Part shown: positions 7,615 through 17,159 of the stretch, in pieces
Layout of the letters: each line of letters starts with the position of its first letter
Position numbering within the stretch: the first letter of the stretch is position 1
Origin: a virus
Lineage: Duplodnaviria > Caudoviricetes
Virus record (IMG/VR): IMGVR_UViG_3300020477_000100
Coordinates: 1-28,693 of that record
Reading direction: 5' to 3' (one strand)
DNA: 28,693 nucleotides
Notes under the pieces: generated by a model
The model's input: only the letters and a program-made list of their open reading frames with translations
Databases searched by the model: none
What the model was told of the DNA's origin: nothing
Position numbers and translations under genes: made by a program

Positions 7615-8914
7615 ACAACTGGCCTACCTTCTCCTCGACAATACCGAAGCCCTATATGGCGGAGCGGCTGGCGGCGGGAAGTCCGATGCCTTGCTGATGG
7701 CGGCTTTGCAGTATGTCGATAATCCCGACTATTCCGCGTTACTCTTGCGCCGGTCTTATACGGACTTATCTCTGCCGGGTGCCTTGATGGACAGGGCCAA
7801 GGAATGGCTCATGTCAACAGATGCCAAGTGGCGTGAGTCCTCCAAGACTTGGACGTTTCCCTCTGGGGCCACGGTGACTTTTGGTTACCTGGAACATACC
7901 GGGGATGAGTACCGCTACCAGTCCACGGAGTTCCAGTTTATTGGGTTCGACGAGTTGACCCAGTTTGAGGAATCCAAGTACCGCTACATGTTCAGCCGTC
8001 TGCGCCGGAAGGCGGATGGCGGGCCTCCGTTGCGGATGCGCTCTGCGTCCAATCCTGGCGGCATCGGCCATGAGTGGGTCAGAAGTCGCTTCCTCGACTC
8101 CGACCCTGCTGACAGCGGGCGTGTGTTCATAGCGGCCAGGTTGCCGGACAATCCGCACCTTGACCAGGAATCTTATGTGGCATCCCTCGACCAGCTTGAC
8201 CCAGTGACGCGCAGGCAACTCCTCCAGGGCGATTGGTCGGCCAGACAGCCAGGCAATCTATTCCAGCGGGAGTGGTTCCAGGTTGTCGAAGATGTGCCAG
8301 TCTTTATCAACAAGTCCGTCCGGTATTGGGACTTGGCCGCAACGCCGAAGCGGTCTGGCACCGACCCAGACTACACGGCAGGGGTTCGTGTGGACTATGC
8401 CAGTGACGGTCTGTTCTATGTGGTGGATGTTCAGCGGATGCGCGGCACCCCTGCGGAAGTAGAGCGGAGGATAGCGCAGACGGCGGCGGTGGATGGCGAG
8501 TCCACGCAGATAGTCATCGAGCAAGAGCCAGGTGCCTCCGGCGTCAACACCATCTACAACTATGTGACCAGAGTTCTTCAGGACTACACAGCGCGGGGCC
8601 AGAGGGCCACCGGCTCCAAGCTGGAAAGAGCAGGGCCGGTCAGTAGCCAGGCGGAGGTGGGGAATATCCGCCTGCTCCGTGGGCCGTGGGTAGGCGAGTT
8701 CCTCGATGAGTTGGAGGCGTTTCCGTATGGAGGGCACGACGACCAGGTGGACGCTTTGTCCGGCTCCATGATGCGGTTGAGGAATACCCATGCCGTGGAG
8801 CCGTTGGTGCATCATTTGGTCGGAGCAAGGCGCATCAGTCCAACAGACAACCCGCTGGGCCTCGACCCAGATAATCCCATCTATTGGGACACAGACCGGC
8901 GATATATGGGCTAA
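7559..8914 (+). CDS. terL: Terminase large subunit
   Basis: Walker A YGGAAGGGKS, Walker B IGFDELTQF, SNPGG, nuclease motifs WDLAA and HDDQVDA. Start is uncertain (frame open from 7496; ATG 7559 follows GGAG). Confidence 0.95.
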   Translation: MDTLRLPWTVYIPHRPTAKQLAYLLLDNTEALYGGAAGGGKSDALLMAALQYVDNPDYSALLLRRSYTDLSLPGALMDRAKEWLMSTDAKWRESSKTWTFPSGATVTFGYLEHTGDEYRYQSTEFQFIGFDELTQFEESKYRYMFSRLRRKADGGPPLRMRSASNPGGIGHEWVRSRFLDSDPADSGRVFIAARLPDNPHLDQESYVASLDQLDPVTRRQLLQGDWSARQPGNLFQREWFQVVEDVPVFINKSVRYWDLAATPKRSGTDPDYTAGVRVDYASDGLFYVVDVQRMRGTPAEVERRIAQTAAVDGESTQIVIEQEPGASGVNTIYNYVTRVLQDYTARGQRATGSKLERAGPVSSQAEVGNIRLLRGPWVGEFLDELEAFPYGGHDDQVDALSGSMMRLRNTHAVEPLVHHLVGARRISPTDNPLGLDPDNPIYWDTDRRYMG

Positions 8915-8920
8915 AGCCGT

Positions 8921-8970
8921 GCATGTAAGCCGTTTTAAGGCCATTGAAACTTGAAAAAGGTATTCTGGTA
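8921..8970 (+). promoter_or_regulatory. Copy C of dispersed promoter-like motif upstream of portal
   Basis: GTAAGCCGTTTTAAGG...AAAAAGGTATTCT, same spacing as copy B. Confidence 0.6.
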
Positions 8971-8985
8971 CAGGTAGGAGCAGAA

Positions 8986-10368
8986 ATGGTACTACGCGCC
9001 ACAGGACTCGACCCGGTGACCGAATCCATGATGCAGTGGATTCAGCAACAAGCAGATGACCGCCGTGAGGATTACGACCTGGCCCGCCGCTACTACGGCG
9101 GGGAGCATGACACGGCAATCACAGACCGGCTGAAGAAGTTTCTGCCTCCGCGCCTTGCCTTTCGTGACAACTACATGAACGTGGTGGTGGATTCCCTGGC
9201 GGAGCGGCTCAAGGTCATCGGGTTCGACACGGAGAACGAGGAGTTGCGCGAGTGGGCCTGGGATATGTGGCAGAAGAACCGCATGGACTACACGCAGGTG
9301 GTGGTTCACACGGAGGCCATCATGCTTGGCGACAGTTACCTGCTCTGTGACTGGGACGAAAAGAACCAGCGGCCCAGGTGGACGCACCAGGTGCCAGAGA
9401 TGATTATCCCGCACTACGACGAGGCGACCCGCCAGGTAAGTTGGGTCAGCAAGAAGTGGCTTCAGCATCCCAACATCGGAGATGACCCAGAGACGCGGCT
9501 CAACCTTTACTATCCAGACCGTGTGGAGAAGTATGTGGCCAGGGGTGGAGTTTGGGCGCGGCACCAGGACGACGAGGACGAAGCATGGCCGGTTCCCTGG
9601 TTGGATAAGGCCGGTGAACCCCTGGGCATCCCTATCATCCACTTCCGCAATCGTCCGATGGGCGGAGACTTCGGCCAGTCAGAGATTATCAACGTCATCC
9701 CGATGCAAGACCTGCTGAACAAATCCCTGATTGACCTGACCATGATTCTGGACACGCTGGCATTTCCGCAAAGGTACACGCTGAACGTCAACCACAATTC
9801 CTCCAGGTTGGAAATCATGCCAGGCAGTGTGGCGGAGTTCCACAGCGAATATGACGGAGGCCAGGTGGGCCAATGGAACGCGGCGTCCGTAGATGGGCCA
9901 CTGAAGGCCATTGAGTCGCTGGTTCAGCACATCGCAGGGACGACCAGGACGCCACAGCACCTGTTCCAACTCATGGGCGGAGTTCCCAGCGGGGAAGCCC
10001 TGAAGACGGCGGAGTCCGGCCTGGTCAACAAGGCCCAGCAGGGCATGATAAGCATCGGCAATTCCTGGGAGGATTGCCTGATGATGGCCCTCCGTATCCA
10101 GGAGGCGTTTGGCACTGCGGTGGCCGACATCGAAGACGTGACGATTGAGACGACCTGGGACGACCCGGAGACACGCAACGAGCAGTCACACATGGAAGTC
10201 CTGAAGGCCAAGGCGGAGTTGGGGGTGACGAAGCACCAGATATTCCGTGAGCTTGGATATACGCAAGACCAGATTGACCAGATGGACATGGACAGCGAAT
10301 TAGACCGGAGGGCAGAGACGAACATCGGAGCGGAGATTCTGCGGAACTTCAACGCCGGAGAGATATAG
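8986..10368 (+). CDS. Portal protein (SPP1 gp6-like)
   Basis: RRYYGGEH, NYMNVVVD, GIPIIHFRN, GQSEI..VIPMQD, PSGEALK; follows TerL; AGGAG RBS before ATG 8986. Confidence 0.92.
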   Translation: MVLRATGLDPVTESMMQWIQQQADDRREDYDLARRYYGGEHDTAITDRLKKFLPPRLAFRDNYMNVVVDSLAERLKVIGFDTENEELREWAWDMWQKNRMDYTQVVVHTEAIMLGDSYLLCDWDEKNQRPRWTHQVPEMIIPHYDEATRQVSWVSKKWLQHPNIGDDPETRLNLYYPDRVEKYVARGGVWARHQDDEDEAWPVPWLDKAGEPLGIPIIHFRNRPMGGDFGQSEIINVIPMQDLLNKSLIDLTMILDTLAFPQRYTLNVNHNSSRLEIMPGSVAEFHSEYDGGQVGQWNAASVDGPLKAIESLVQHIAGTTRTPQHLFQLMGGVPSGEALKTAESGLVNKAQQGMISIGNSWEDCLMMALRIQEAFGTAVADIEDVTIETTWDDPETRNEQSHMEVLKAKAELGVTKHQIFRELGYTQDQIDQMDMDSELDRRAETNIGAEILRNFNAGEI

Positions 10369-12738
10369 GTGCCTGGCCCTTCTGATGCACAAGATGCGGT
10401 GGAGAGTTTCCGTGCGCGGATAAACAAGCAAGGAGACTTTGCGTCTGGCATGATGGTGCAGGCTTATGCTCCGGTGTATACGCGCCTTGAGAGAGACACC
10501 AGGGCTTTGGTGGGGATTGCCCAAACCAGAGGACTGAAGCCCTGGCAGGTCATGCGGATGGAGCGGCTGAAAGACCTGGAGCGGCAGTTCCTGGCCAACA
10601 CCAGCCGGTTCGCTACGCAGGCCGGTTCTATCATCACGGACAGCCAACTGGTGGCCGTAGGTTTGGGGCGCGACGGTGCGCTTGAGGCGGCTAGTGCGGG
10701 CCTTCCACGCGGCGTGACGATGCAGAACATGGCCAACCTGGGATTGGGCTGGAATCAGCTTCCTGATGACGCTTTCCAGAACTTCGTGGGAATATCCGCA
10801 GATGGCGCACCTTTGGCGAACTTGCTGGAGCCGTTAGGCCCGCAGGCTGTCCTGGGGGTGCGAGAGCAGATAGGGACGGGCATCGCGCTGGGCAAAGGGC
10901 CGCGCGAAACGGCCAACCTGGTGAGGACTGCGGCAGGCATCCCGCTCTCCAGGGCATTGCTCATCACAAGGACGGAGACAAACCGCGCTTTCCGTGAGGC
11001 GACCAGGCTTTCGTATCAGACTAATTCCCAGGTCGTGAAAGGATACCGCAGACACGCCGATAAGAGCGACAGAACCTGCGCGGCTTGCATCGCTTTGGAT
11101 GGCGAGTTTTATCCACTAGACCAGCCGTTGAATGAGCATCCGAATGGTCGGTGCGCCCTGGTGCCGGATGTGCTGGACTATGCCGACCTGGGCCTGGATA
11201 TACCACGGGAAGCTCCGCCACAGAACGCTCGCGAGTGGCTTGCTGAACAAGGGGAAGAAACACAACGGCGAGTCCTGGGCGGTGCGCGGTACGACGCCTG
11301 GAGGGCAGGGGAAGTAGAACTCAACCAGCTTGCTATCGTCCGGCCAAATGCAGTCTGGGGAGACACGGCGGTTGTCCGGCCACTGAACCAGATTCAGACC
11401 AGGTCGGGAACTCCAATCCGGCAAGTTGGCGCACCTCCGTCAGCACTTAAACCAACACCCCCAAAGCCGGTCACTGGTGACCTGATTGACCCGATGACCG
11501 GCAAGGGCGTCCGTGGAAGTAGGACTGCCCCGCCGGAACCAACATTGCCCAAAGAATGGGAGGAACGCTTCGGTGACCCTGACGATTTTCTCGACGTGGC
11601 CCCAATTGATGCCGACCCAGCAATGCTCAAGTATCGGGGAGCTACAGGACGCGAAGCCATACAGGCCCAAGTACAAGAGCAAGAAGCATGGGCCAGGGCC
11701 GTTGGAGGAGCAACAGAGGCTGACTACACGGGCCTTTCTATCAAGGCGGCGCGAGACGTTAATATAGCTATCGAAAAAACTATTTTACGTAACCGGATAC
11801 GCCCTCTGGATAAAATTGTCACCGGCCCATATAGGAATCAATACGGAGAGGTTGCAGAGTTTGGCAATAACACGATGGCATACCAAATTCACGGCAATGT
11901 CCATATAAACCTAGACCTCCCTGGTGCCAATGGTTCAGTCCGTGGATGGAGAGCAAAGGCTCTCAATTCTCAGCAACGGGTCGCAGAGCAGGCAAAAGAG
12001 GCCCAGCAAAGCCTTGCAAAAATGGACGAGGAAATTGCAACGGCGCGGGCTGTTATTCAGAATGATATTGAGAGGCGTCGCACATGGCTTGAAGTAGAGT
12101 CTAAAAAACTGAAATCAGATGGAACGCCTTTGTGGACGCCAAAAGAAATAAGTGTTCGGCAAGACTTGCTAGAGCATGATATGCGGATATTAGCGTCCAG
12201 GGAAAAGAAATGGAAAAAGATGCTCACTGACCACAGAAAAGAAATGCGAGAAATCGAATCAGGTCAGTGGGCCGTGTATCATGGGAAAGCGGCAACGGAA
12301 ACAACTTTGACGGATTTGGTCACCCATGAGATTGGGCATTATGCCCATCGTCGATATGGTTACTTCGACCCTACTTCCTTGGACACCCTTGCAACCAAAA
12401 CGAAAGTTTATAAAACAGTCAGAGGGAGAAAGGTATGGGCGCAATCTTACAAGCCAAAGCAAGACGCAAGGAAGATTAGTGAATACGCAACGACCAACGA
12501 CCATGAGTATTTTGCGGAAGCATGGGCGGACTATCATGCAAACAATGGCGCACGGTTAACGCCCAAGGTTAAGGCGTTCATTGAAGAAGTGATTGAAGCC
12601 AATGCCAACTTTACGGAAGTGGCAAGCGGGCCAGAAGCCCACAAGATACATTTGGGCGCACTAAACAGAGTCCGCAGGCGTAGTGGAGCCGATGCGGCAA
12701 AGAACTTAATAGGCCATCCACGATTAGGGGAATTATAA
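10369..12738 (+). CDS. MuF/SPP1 gp7 minor head protein with C-terminal zincin-like metallopeptidase extension
   Basis: MuF motifs ITRTETNRA, RTCAACIALDG, HPNGRC. C-terminal HEIGH (12325-12339) and SEYATTNDHEYFAEAW. Confidence 0.88.
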   Translation: MPGPSDAQDAVESFRARINKQGDFASGMMVQAYAPVYTRLERDTRALVGIAQTRGLKPWQVMRMERLKDLERQFLANTSRFATQAGSIITDSQLVAVGLGRDGALEAASAGLPRGVTMQNMANLGLGWNQLPDDAFQNFVGISADGAPLANLLEPLGPQAVLGVREQIGTGIALGKGPRETANLVRTAAGIPLSRALLITRTETNRAFREATRLSYQTNSQVVKGYRRHADKSDRTCAACIALDGEFYPLDQPLNEHPNGRCALVPDVLDYADLGLDIPREAPPQNAREWLAEQGEETQRRVLGGARYDAWRAGEVELNQLAIVRPNAVWGDTAVVRPLNQIQTRSGTPIRQVGAPPSALKPTPPKPVTGDLIDPMTGKGVRGSRTAPPEPTLPKEWEERFGDPDDFLDVAPIDADPAMLKYRGATGREAIQAQVQEQEAWARAVGGATEADYTGLSIKAARDVNIAIEKTILRNRIRPLDKIVTGPYRNQYGEVAEFGNNTMAYQIHGNVHINLDLPGANGSVRGWRAKALNSQQRVAEQAKEAQQSLAKMDEEIATARAVIQNDIERRRTWLEVESKKLKSDGTPLWTPKEISVRQDLLEHDMRILASREKKWKKMLTDHRKEMREIESGQWAVYHGKAATETTLTDLVTHEIGHYAHRRYGYFDPTSLDTLATKTKVYKTVRGRKVWAQSYKPKQDARKISEYATTNDHEYFAEAWADYHANNGARLTPKVKAFIEEVIEANANFTEVASGPEAHKIHLGALNRVRRRSGADAAKNLIGHPRLGEL

Positions 12739-12972
12739 ATGGTGGTTTTTGACAGCATAATTCACAAGGAATCGTTTCAGTGCATCTCCTGTTTTTTCTA
12801 TGTTGGGAGAATCCCTGGCGGGCTTGCCTGCTATGCCTTTCCAGAGGGGATACCATCAGAGATTATTACCGGAGAATACGACCACCGAAACCGACACCCT
12901 GGCGACGCTGGAATAACCTGGCGTGAGGCTGAAAACTGGGCAAGACCAATAGAAACGGAGGATGAGGAATGA
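12739..12972 (+). CDS. Small Cys/His protein, candidate immunity partner of the MuF C-terminal domain
   Basis: CISC...CYAFPEGIP..I..G..DH....GD.GI pattern; abuts the MuF stop codon. Confidence 0.6.
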   Translation: MVVFDSIIHKESFQCISCFFYVGRIPGGLACYAFPEGIPSEIITGEYDHRNRHPGDAGITWREAENWARPIETEDEE

Positions 12973-13187
12973 TTGCAGAATTGAATGGAGAAACAAGGCC
13001 CATTATCCGGCACCGGCGCGGTGTCATCTGGTGTCCCTTCTGTGACCGGAGCAAGCAGGACGAAGGGATGAAGCAGTCATGCGACGGATGCGGTGCCTGC
13101 TTCATCGACGAGGCCATAGAACCGGCTCCAGAGGCCGCTCCACGCCGACGGAGGCAAGCAAAGGCAGAGGAAGAACCGGAGGGCTAG
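12969..13187 (+). CDS. Small zinc-ribbon protein
   Basis: CPFC...CDGC; ATGA overlap with the upstream gene; GAGG RBS. Confidence 0.65.
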   Translation: MIAELNGETRPIIRHRRGVIWCPFCDRSKQDEGMKQSCDGCGACFIDEAIEPAPEAAPRRRRQAKAEEEPEG

Positions 13188-13454
13188 ATGGAGTGCTATC
13201 GGTGCGAATCCGACAAACTGGAACTTGCCCCATTGTGGCCCTATGAGCGGGAGACATATGCGGCCATCGAGATAGTGATGAGGCAGTGCCAAAATTGCGG
13301 CCTTGAGCAAAACCATTACGGCCACGACGAGATGCTCACACCTTATGAGGCGGCAGAATCTGCGCCATCGTCAAGCGTACCTACCGGCCAAGTCTTGAAT
13401 CCGAATCCTAAAGGAAAGCCAAGGCCACTCATCGAAGTTTTCAGGGACTCATAA
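13188..13454 (+). CDS. Small zinc-ribbon protein
   Basis: CYRC...CQNCG; GGAGG RBS. Confidence 0.65.
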   Translation: MECYRCESDKLELAPLWPYERETYAAIEIVMRQCQNCGLEQNHYGHDEMLTPYEAAESAPSSSVPTGQVLNPNPKGKPRPLIEVFRDS

Positions 13455-13481
13455 TTAACTCATAATTTGGGAGGTCAAGTG

Positions 13482-13589
13482 ATGCCAGGGAAACAGGGCA
13501 AGCAAGGAAAGCGGGGCGGATATGGCAAACCGAAGGGGCGGGTCAAGCCAGGCACCCCCAAGGACAGAAGGTTAAAGGGAAACAAATAG
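13482..13589 (+). CDS. 35-aa Lys/Gly-rich basic peptide
   Basis: GGAGG RBS then MPGKQGKQGKRGGYGKPKGRVKPGTPKDRRLKGNK; absent from the supplied ORF track. Confidence 0.6.
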   Translation: MPGKQGKQGKRGGYGKPKGRVKPGTPKDRRLKGNK

Positions 13590-13671
13590 AGCATATCCGC
13601 CTAGCGTCACATGAAAATTTTTGCTAGAACGGAATTACCGCAACCCGGCGGGTAGAAGTAGGGGAGGAAAA

Positions 13672-14274
13672 ATGGTTACGGAAAACACCCAGCCAACGGA
13701 AGACCAAGCACAACCAGCACCAGCCGAAGTTGAGACAACAACGGCGGAGCCGACGACGGAGCAGACCTTCACACAAGAGCAGGTCAACCGGATGATGGCT
13801 CAAACGCGACGCGAGGAGCGCGGCAAGTTCGGGGATTACAACGACTTGAAAGCGCGAGCCGCGAAAGCGGATGAATTAGAACAGGCGCAACTTTCTGATG
13901 CTCAGAAGTTAGAGGCAAGGGCCATCGAGGCTGAAAGAAAAGCCAGCGAAGCCCAGGAGCAAATCGCTTCCGCCATGATAGCTTCGGAGGTCAAGATTCG
14001 TGCCAGTGCATTAGGGGTCATCGACCCAGATGCGGCATATCTGCTCCTTGACCGGAGTAATGTCCGTTACGACGCCACTGATGGCGTCACTGGTGTAGAC
14101 GATGCCCTCGCCAGTCTTCTTGAGGCCAAACCGTATCTGAGGTCATCCAACCGGACGCCAAACCTCAACCCTGAATCGGGGCAACCTGTTGCAACGCAAC
14201 GGCTGACAGCGGAGCAGAGAGAGGCGGCGCAATACCTTGGGATGACTGACGAGCAATACGCGCACGGACTTTAA
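13672..14274 (+). CDS. Capsid scaffolding protein
   Basis: TFTQEQVN, DYNDLKARAAK and coiled-coil; located upstream of capsid genes; GGAGG RBS before ATG 13672. Confidence 0.85.
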   Translation: MVTENTQPTEDQAQPAPAEVETTTAEPTTEQTFTQEQVNRMMAQTRREERGKFGDYNDLKARAAKADELEQAQLSDAQKLEARAIEAERKASEAQEQIASAMIASEVKIRASALGVIDPDAAYLLLDRSNVRYDATDGVTGVDDALASLLEAKPYLRSSNRTPNLNPESGQPVATQRLTAEQREAAQYLGMTDEQYAHGL

Positions 14275-14312
14275 TTCTGAACCGGGGATAGAACCCGTAG
14301 GGAGCGAAGATT

Positions 14313-14780
14313 ATGGCCGCGAATGGCTTTGATTGGCGATACAACCTCAGCGGTGGAAGGCCGCTGATTCTCACGTTTGCTATGAAGGACAGCGAGACTC
14401 TGACCAGGGGCGACCTCTTGAACATCGAATCTGGGGAGGTTGACCTGGCCGCAACTGGTGACGCCGCTCTGGCAGGCATTTTCGTTGGGCCTGAAAACCC
14501 CAGCGATGCCACCGACGGACAGCCGGGTGTCGTGGCAGGGACGGACAGCACCACCATCGTGAAGGTGCTGGTGAATCCTGACGCGGTCTACGCTGACGCA
14601 AATGACACCAACGCACGGTTGGCCGGAGCGACCCTTGATGTTTCCGGGGCAACCGGAGCGCAAACTCTGGCCGCATCAAGCAACACAGAATTTGTCGTGG
14701 TAGAGCGCAAGAGGCAAGCATCCGACGAGACTCGCGTGATGATTTGCTCCTCCGCGCATTACCTGGCTAAAGCTCAATAG
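14313..14780 (+). CDS. Capsid decoration/cement protein (putative)
   Basis: 155 aa, Gly/Ala/Thr-rich, lying between scaffold and major capsid genes. Confidence 0.65.
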   Translation: MAANGFDWRYNLSGGRPLILTFAMKDSETLTRGDLLNIESGEVDLAATGDAALAGIFVGPENPSDATDGQPGVVAGTDSTTIVKVLVNPDAVYADANDTNARLAGATLDVSGATGAQTLAASSNTEFVVVERKRQASDETRVMICSSAHYLAKAQ

Positions 14781-14789
14781 GAGGGCTAG

Positions 14790-15722
14790 ATGCCTTTAAC
14801 AGCAGGCAATTTTGCCGACCTTCTCAAACCTGGCCTCAAAAGTATTTTTGACGACGGCATCGCTGGTCGTCCTCAACCCATGATTGACATGCTGTTCAAC
14901 GTGCAGTCTTCGACTCGCTTTGAGGAGCAGTATCAGGGCATGGGAGCGCAGGGACTCGTTCCTGTATTTGATGGCACGGTTCCTTACGCCGACTTCGACG
15001 CTGGATACCGGACGGACATTCGGAACTACGAATTGGCGCAAGGCATCCAAGTTGAACGCCGACTCGTAGACGACGACCAGACTGGTCAAATCAGGTCACG
15101 CGCCAGCAACATGGCGGAGGCTTTCAGCAACACCATCGAGACGGACGCGGCAAACGTGTTCATCAATGGTTTTACTGATTCCGGCACCAACCGGATGGGG
15201 GCATCCACTAACGGTGCTGATGGCGTGGGTCTTCTCAGTGCGGCCCATCCGTACAGCCCTGCGAACTCCAGCACCACTCAGTCCAATGAGGGTACGCTTG
15301 CCCTGACTATCGACAACCTCGATACCACCCGGCAAGCCATGCGGAACTTCACGGATGACCAGGGCCAACTCCTTGGCGTGAATCCCGACATGCTTCTGGT
15401 GCCACCGGAACTGGAACGCACTGCCACGCAACTGGTGAGCGAGCGGGCCGTCTACGAGCCTGGGAGCGCACAGTACGATGTCAACATGTTCTCAGGTCGT
15501 TTCCGGCCTGTGGTCTGGAACCGCCTGACTGACGGCAATGCCTGGTTCCTCATCGACTCCCGGTTGATGAAACAGCATCTTATCTGGCAATGGCGTATCC
15601 GCCCAGAGTTTTCCCAGGCGGAAGACTTTGACGGTCTGACAGCCAAATTCCGTGGCTACATGCGCTACGGTATCGGCTGGACTGACTGGAAGTGGATTTA
15701 CGGCCAGAATCCCAGCTCATAA
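14790..15722 (+). CDS. Major capsid protein (HK97 fold, Mu gpT-like)
   Basis: LKPGL, DGVGLLSAAHP, PDMLLVPPELE, AWFL, RYGIGWTDWKWIYG; 310 aa. Confidence 0.9.
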   Translation: MPLTAGNFADLLKPGLKSIFDDGIAGRPQPMIDMLFNVQSSTRFEEQYQGMGAQGLVPVFDGTVPYADFDAGYRTDIRNYELAQGIQVERRLVDDDQTGQIRSRASNMAEAFSNTIETDAANVFINGFTDSGTNRMGASTNGADGVGLLSAAHPYSPANSSTTQSNEGTLALTIDNLDTTRQAMRNFTDDQGQLLGVNPDMLLVPPELERTATQLVSERAVYEPGSAQYDVNMFSGRFRPVVWNRLTDGNAWFLIDSRLMKQHLIWQWRIRPEFSQAEDFDGLTAKFRGYMRYGIGWTDWKWIYGQNPSS

Positions 15723-15738
15723 TTCTCAATAGGCTGAA

Positions 15739-15792
15739 CTGGCAAGGTCGGGTTTTCCCCTTTCTTCCCGGCCTTGCTGGTTCCTTTGATTT
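15739..15792 (+). terminator. Stem-loop after the capsid gene (probable leaky terminator or stabiliser)
   Basis: CTGGCAAGGTCGGG / CCCGGCCTTGCTGG, 14 bp with G-U pairs and a pyrimidine loop, followed by TTCCTTTGATTT. Confidence 0.6.
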
Positions 15793-15806
15793 AGGAGGAA
15801 CTGGTA

Positions 15807-16748
15807 ATGCCTACTAATTTTCCCTCTGGTATCCAAAGCCGTGGCGTCCCTGTGGAGGGCTTCGGCGGAATTGGTAGTCCGTTGCTCACTATGGGGAATG
15901 TCTACCATGTGGACAGCGGGGCAAGCACCGCAGACAACGACAACGCGGCCACCAACCCGAAACAGCCCGCCGCTACATTGGACGGCGCAATCGGGAAATG
16001 CACCGCCAACAACGGTGACGTTATTCTGCTCCATCCCGGCCATGCTGAAACCATCTCCGCCGCCGCCGCCATCACGTTTGACGTGGCTGGCGTCACGGTC
16101 ATCGGCATGGGTGTTGGGAATAGCCGTCCAACCATCACGCTGGATTCAGCCGCAAGCACCGACATTGATGTCACTGCCGCAGATGTCCAGATTCACAACG
16201 TGATATTCAGCATGAACTACGCCGACATCGCAGGGGTTTTCGACCTCTCCGCCGCTGGGTTCGTGGTGAATAATTGCCGCTTCGTTGACGCCGCCACCAA
16301 TATGAATTTCGTGGAACTCATCGTCTGCACGACGACTGACAACCAATGTGACCGCCTGGAGTTCACCAACAACTACGTTGACAGCCCCGACACCGGGAAC
16401 GACTGCATCGTGCAGATTGGTGGCGACCTTGATGGTCTAGTCTTCTCCAACAACTACATCCAGCTTGGCGTGGCCAACAACGAGTCCATCATCCAAGTTG
16501 CGACGGGGAAGGATGTCACCAGTTGCCAGATTGTTGGCAACTACATCTACCGCCTGAACACGGCGGGCGACCTGTTGATTGATAGCGACACTTCCGACAA
16601 CACAGGAGTCGTCGCACACAACCGCATCGGTCACGGCGACACCGCTTCAGAAGTCCTGATTGACGCTGATGGCGTCCGTCAGTTCGACAACCTGGGAACG
16701 GCAACGGATACGGCCTCTGGATACGTTCTGCCTGCTATCGACAGTTAG
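15807..16748 (+). CDS. Parallel beta-helix virion protein (head fibre/spike candidate)
   Basis: YHVDS...NPKQPAATLDGAI...GDVILLHPGH start and repeated I/V-x-NN strands typical of right-handed beta helices. Confidence 0.75.
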   Translation: MPTNFPSGIQSRGVPVEGFGGIGSPLLTMGNVYHVDSGASTADNDNAATNPKQPAATLDGAIGKCTANNGDVILLHPGHAETISAAAAITFDVAGVTVIGMGVGNSRPTITLDSAASTDIDVTAADVQIHNVIFSMNYADIAGVFDLSAAGFVVNNCRFVDAATNMNFVELIVCTTTDNQCDRLEFTNNYVDSPDTGNDCIVQIGGDLDGLVFSNNYIQLGVANNESIIQVATGKDVTSCQIVGNYIYRLNTAGDLLIDSDTSDNTGVVAHNRIGHGDTASEVLIDADGVRQFDNLGTATDTASGYVLPAIDS

Positions 16749-16757
16749 GAGGGCTAG

Positions 16758-17159
16758 ATGTACGGCTACCAATCGGTATCAGTTAACTCTGGGGACACCT
16801 CTGGTGGCTCCGGTTCTAGCACTTCCAACAAGACATCCGGCCATGTGGTGGTCGGGGAGATTTGCTCGATTGGGGTGACCTATAACGGGTCACCCCCAGC
16901 CAGCACGGACGTTGTGATTGCTACTGCGGGGAACAATGGCCCCGCCTTGACTCTCCTGACGTTGACCAATGCGAACAGTGACGGATGGTTCCACCTTCGC
17001 CACAAAGTTGACGATGAGTCTGGGGCCGACATCACCTATGACGGCTCCAATGAGGTCTACGAGAAAGTCTGCATAGCAGACAATATCAAAGTGACCATCA
17101 GCCAAGCCAACGACGACGACTCCGTTGACGTGGTCGTTGTCTACTACGCGGGTGCCTGA
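16758..17159 (+). CDS. Small beta-rich virion protein (paralog 1)
   Basis: Shares TD...TLLTLTN...DGWF...H.VDD.SG..IT with the next gene. Confidence 0.7.
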   Translation: MYGYQSVSVNSGDTSGGSGSSTSNKTSGHVVVGEICSIGVTYNGSPPASTDVVIATAGNNGPALTLLTLTNANSDGWFHLRHKVDDESGADITYDGSNEVYEKVCIADNIKVTISQANDDDSVDVVVVYYAGA

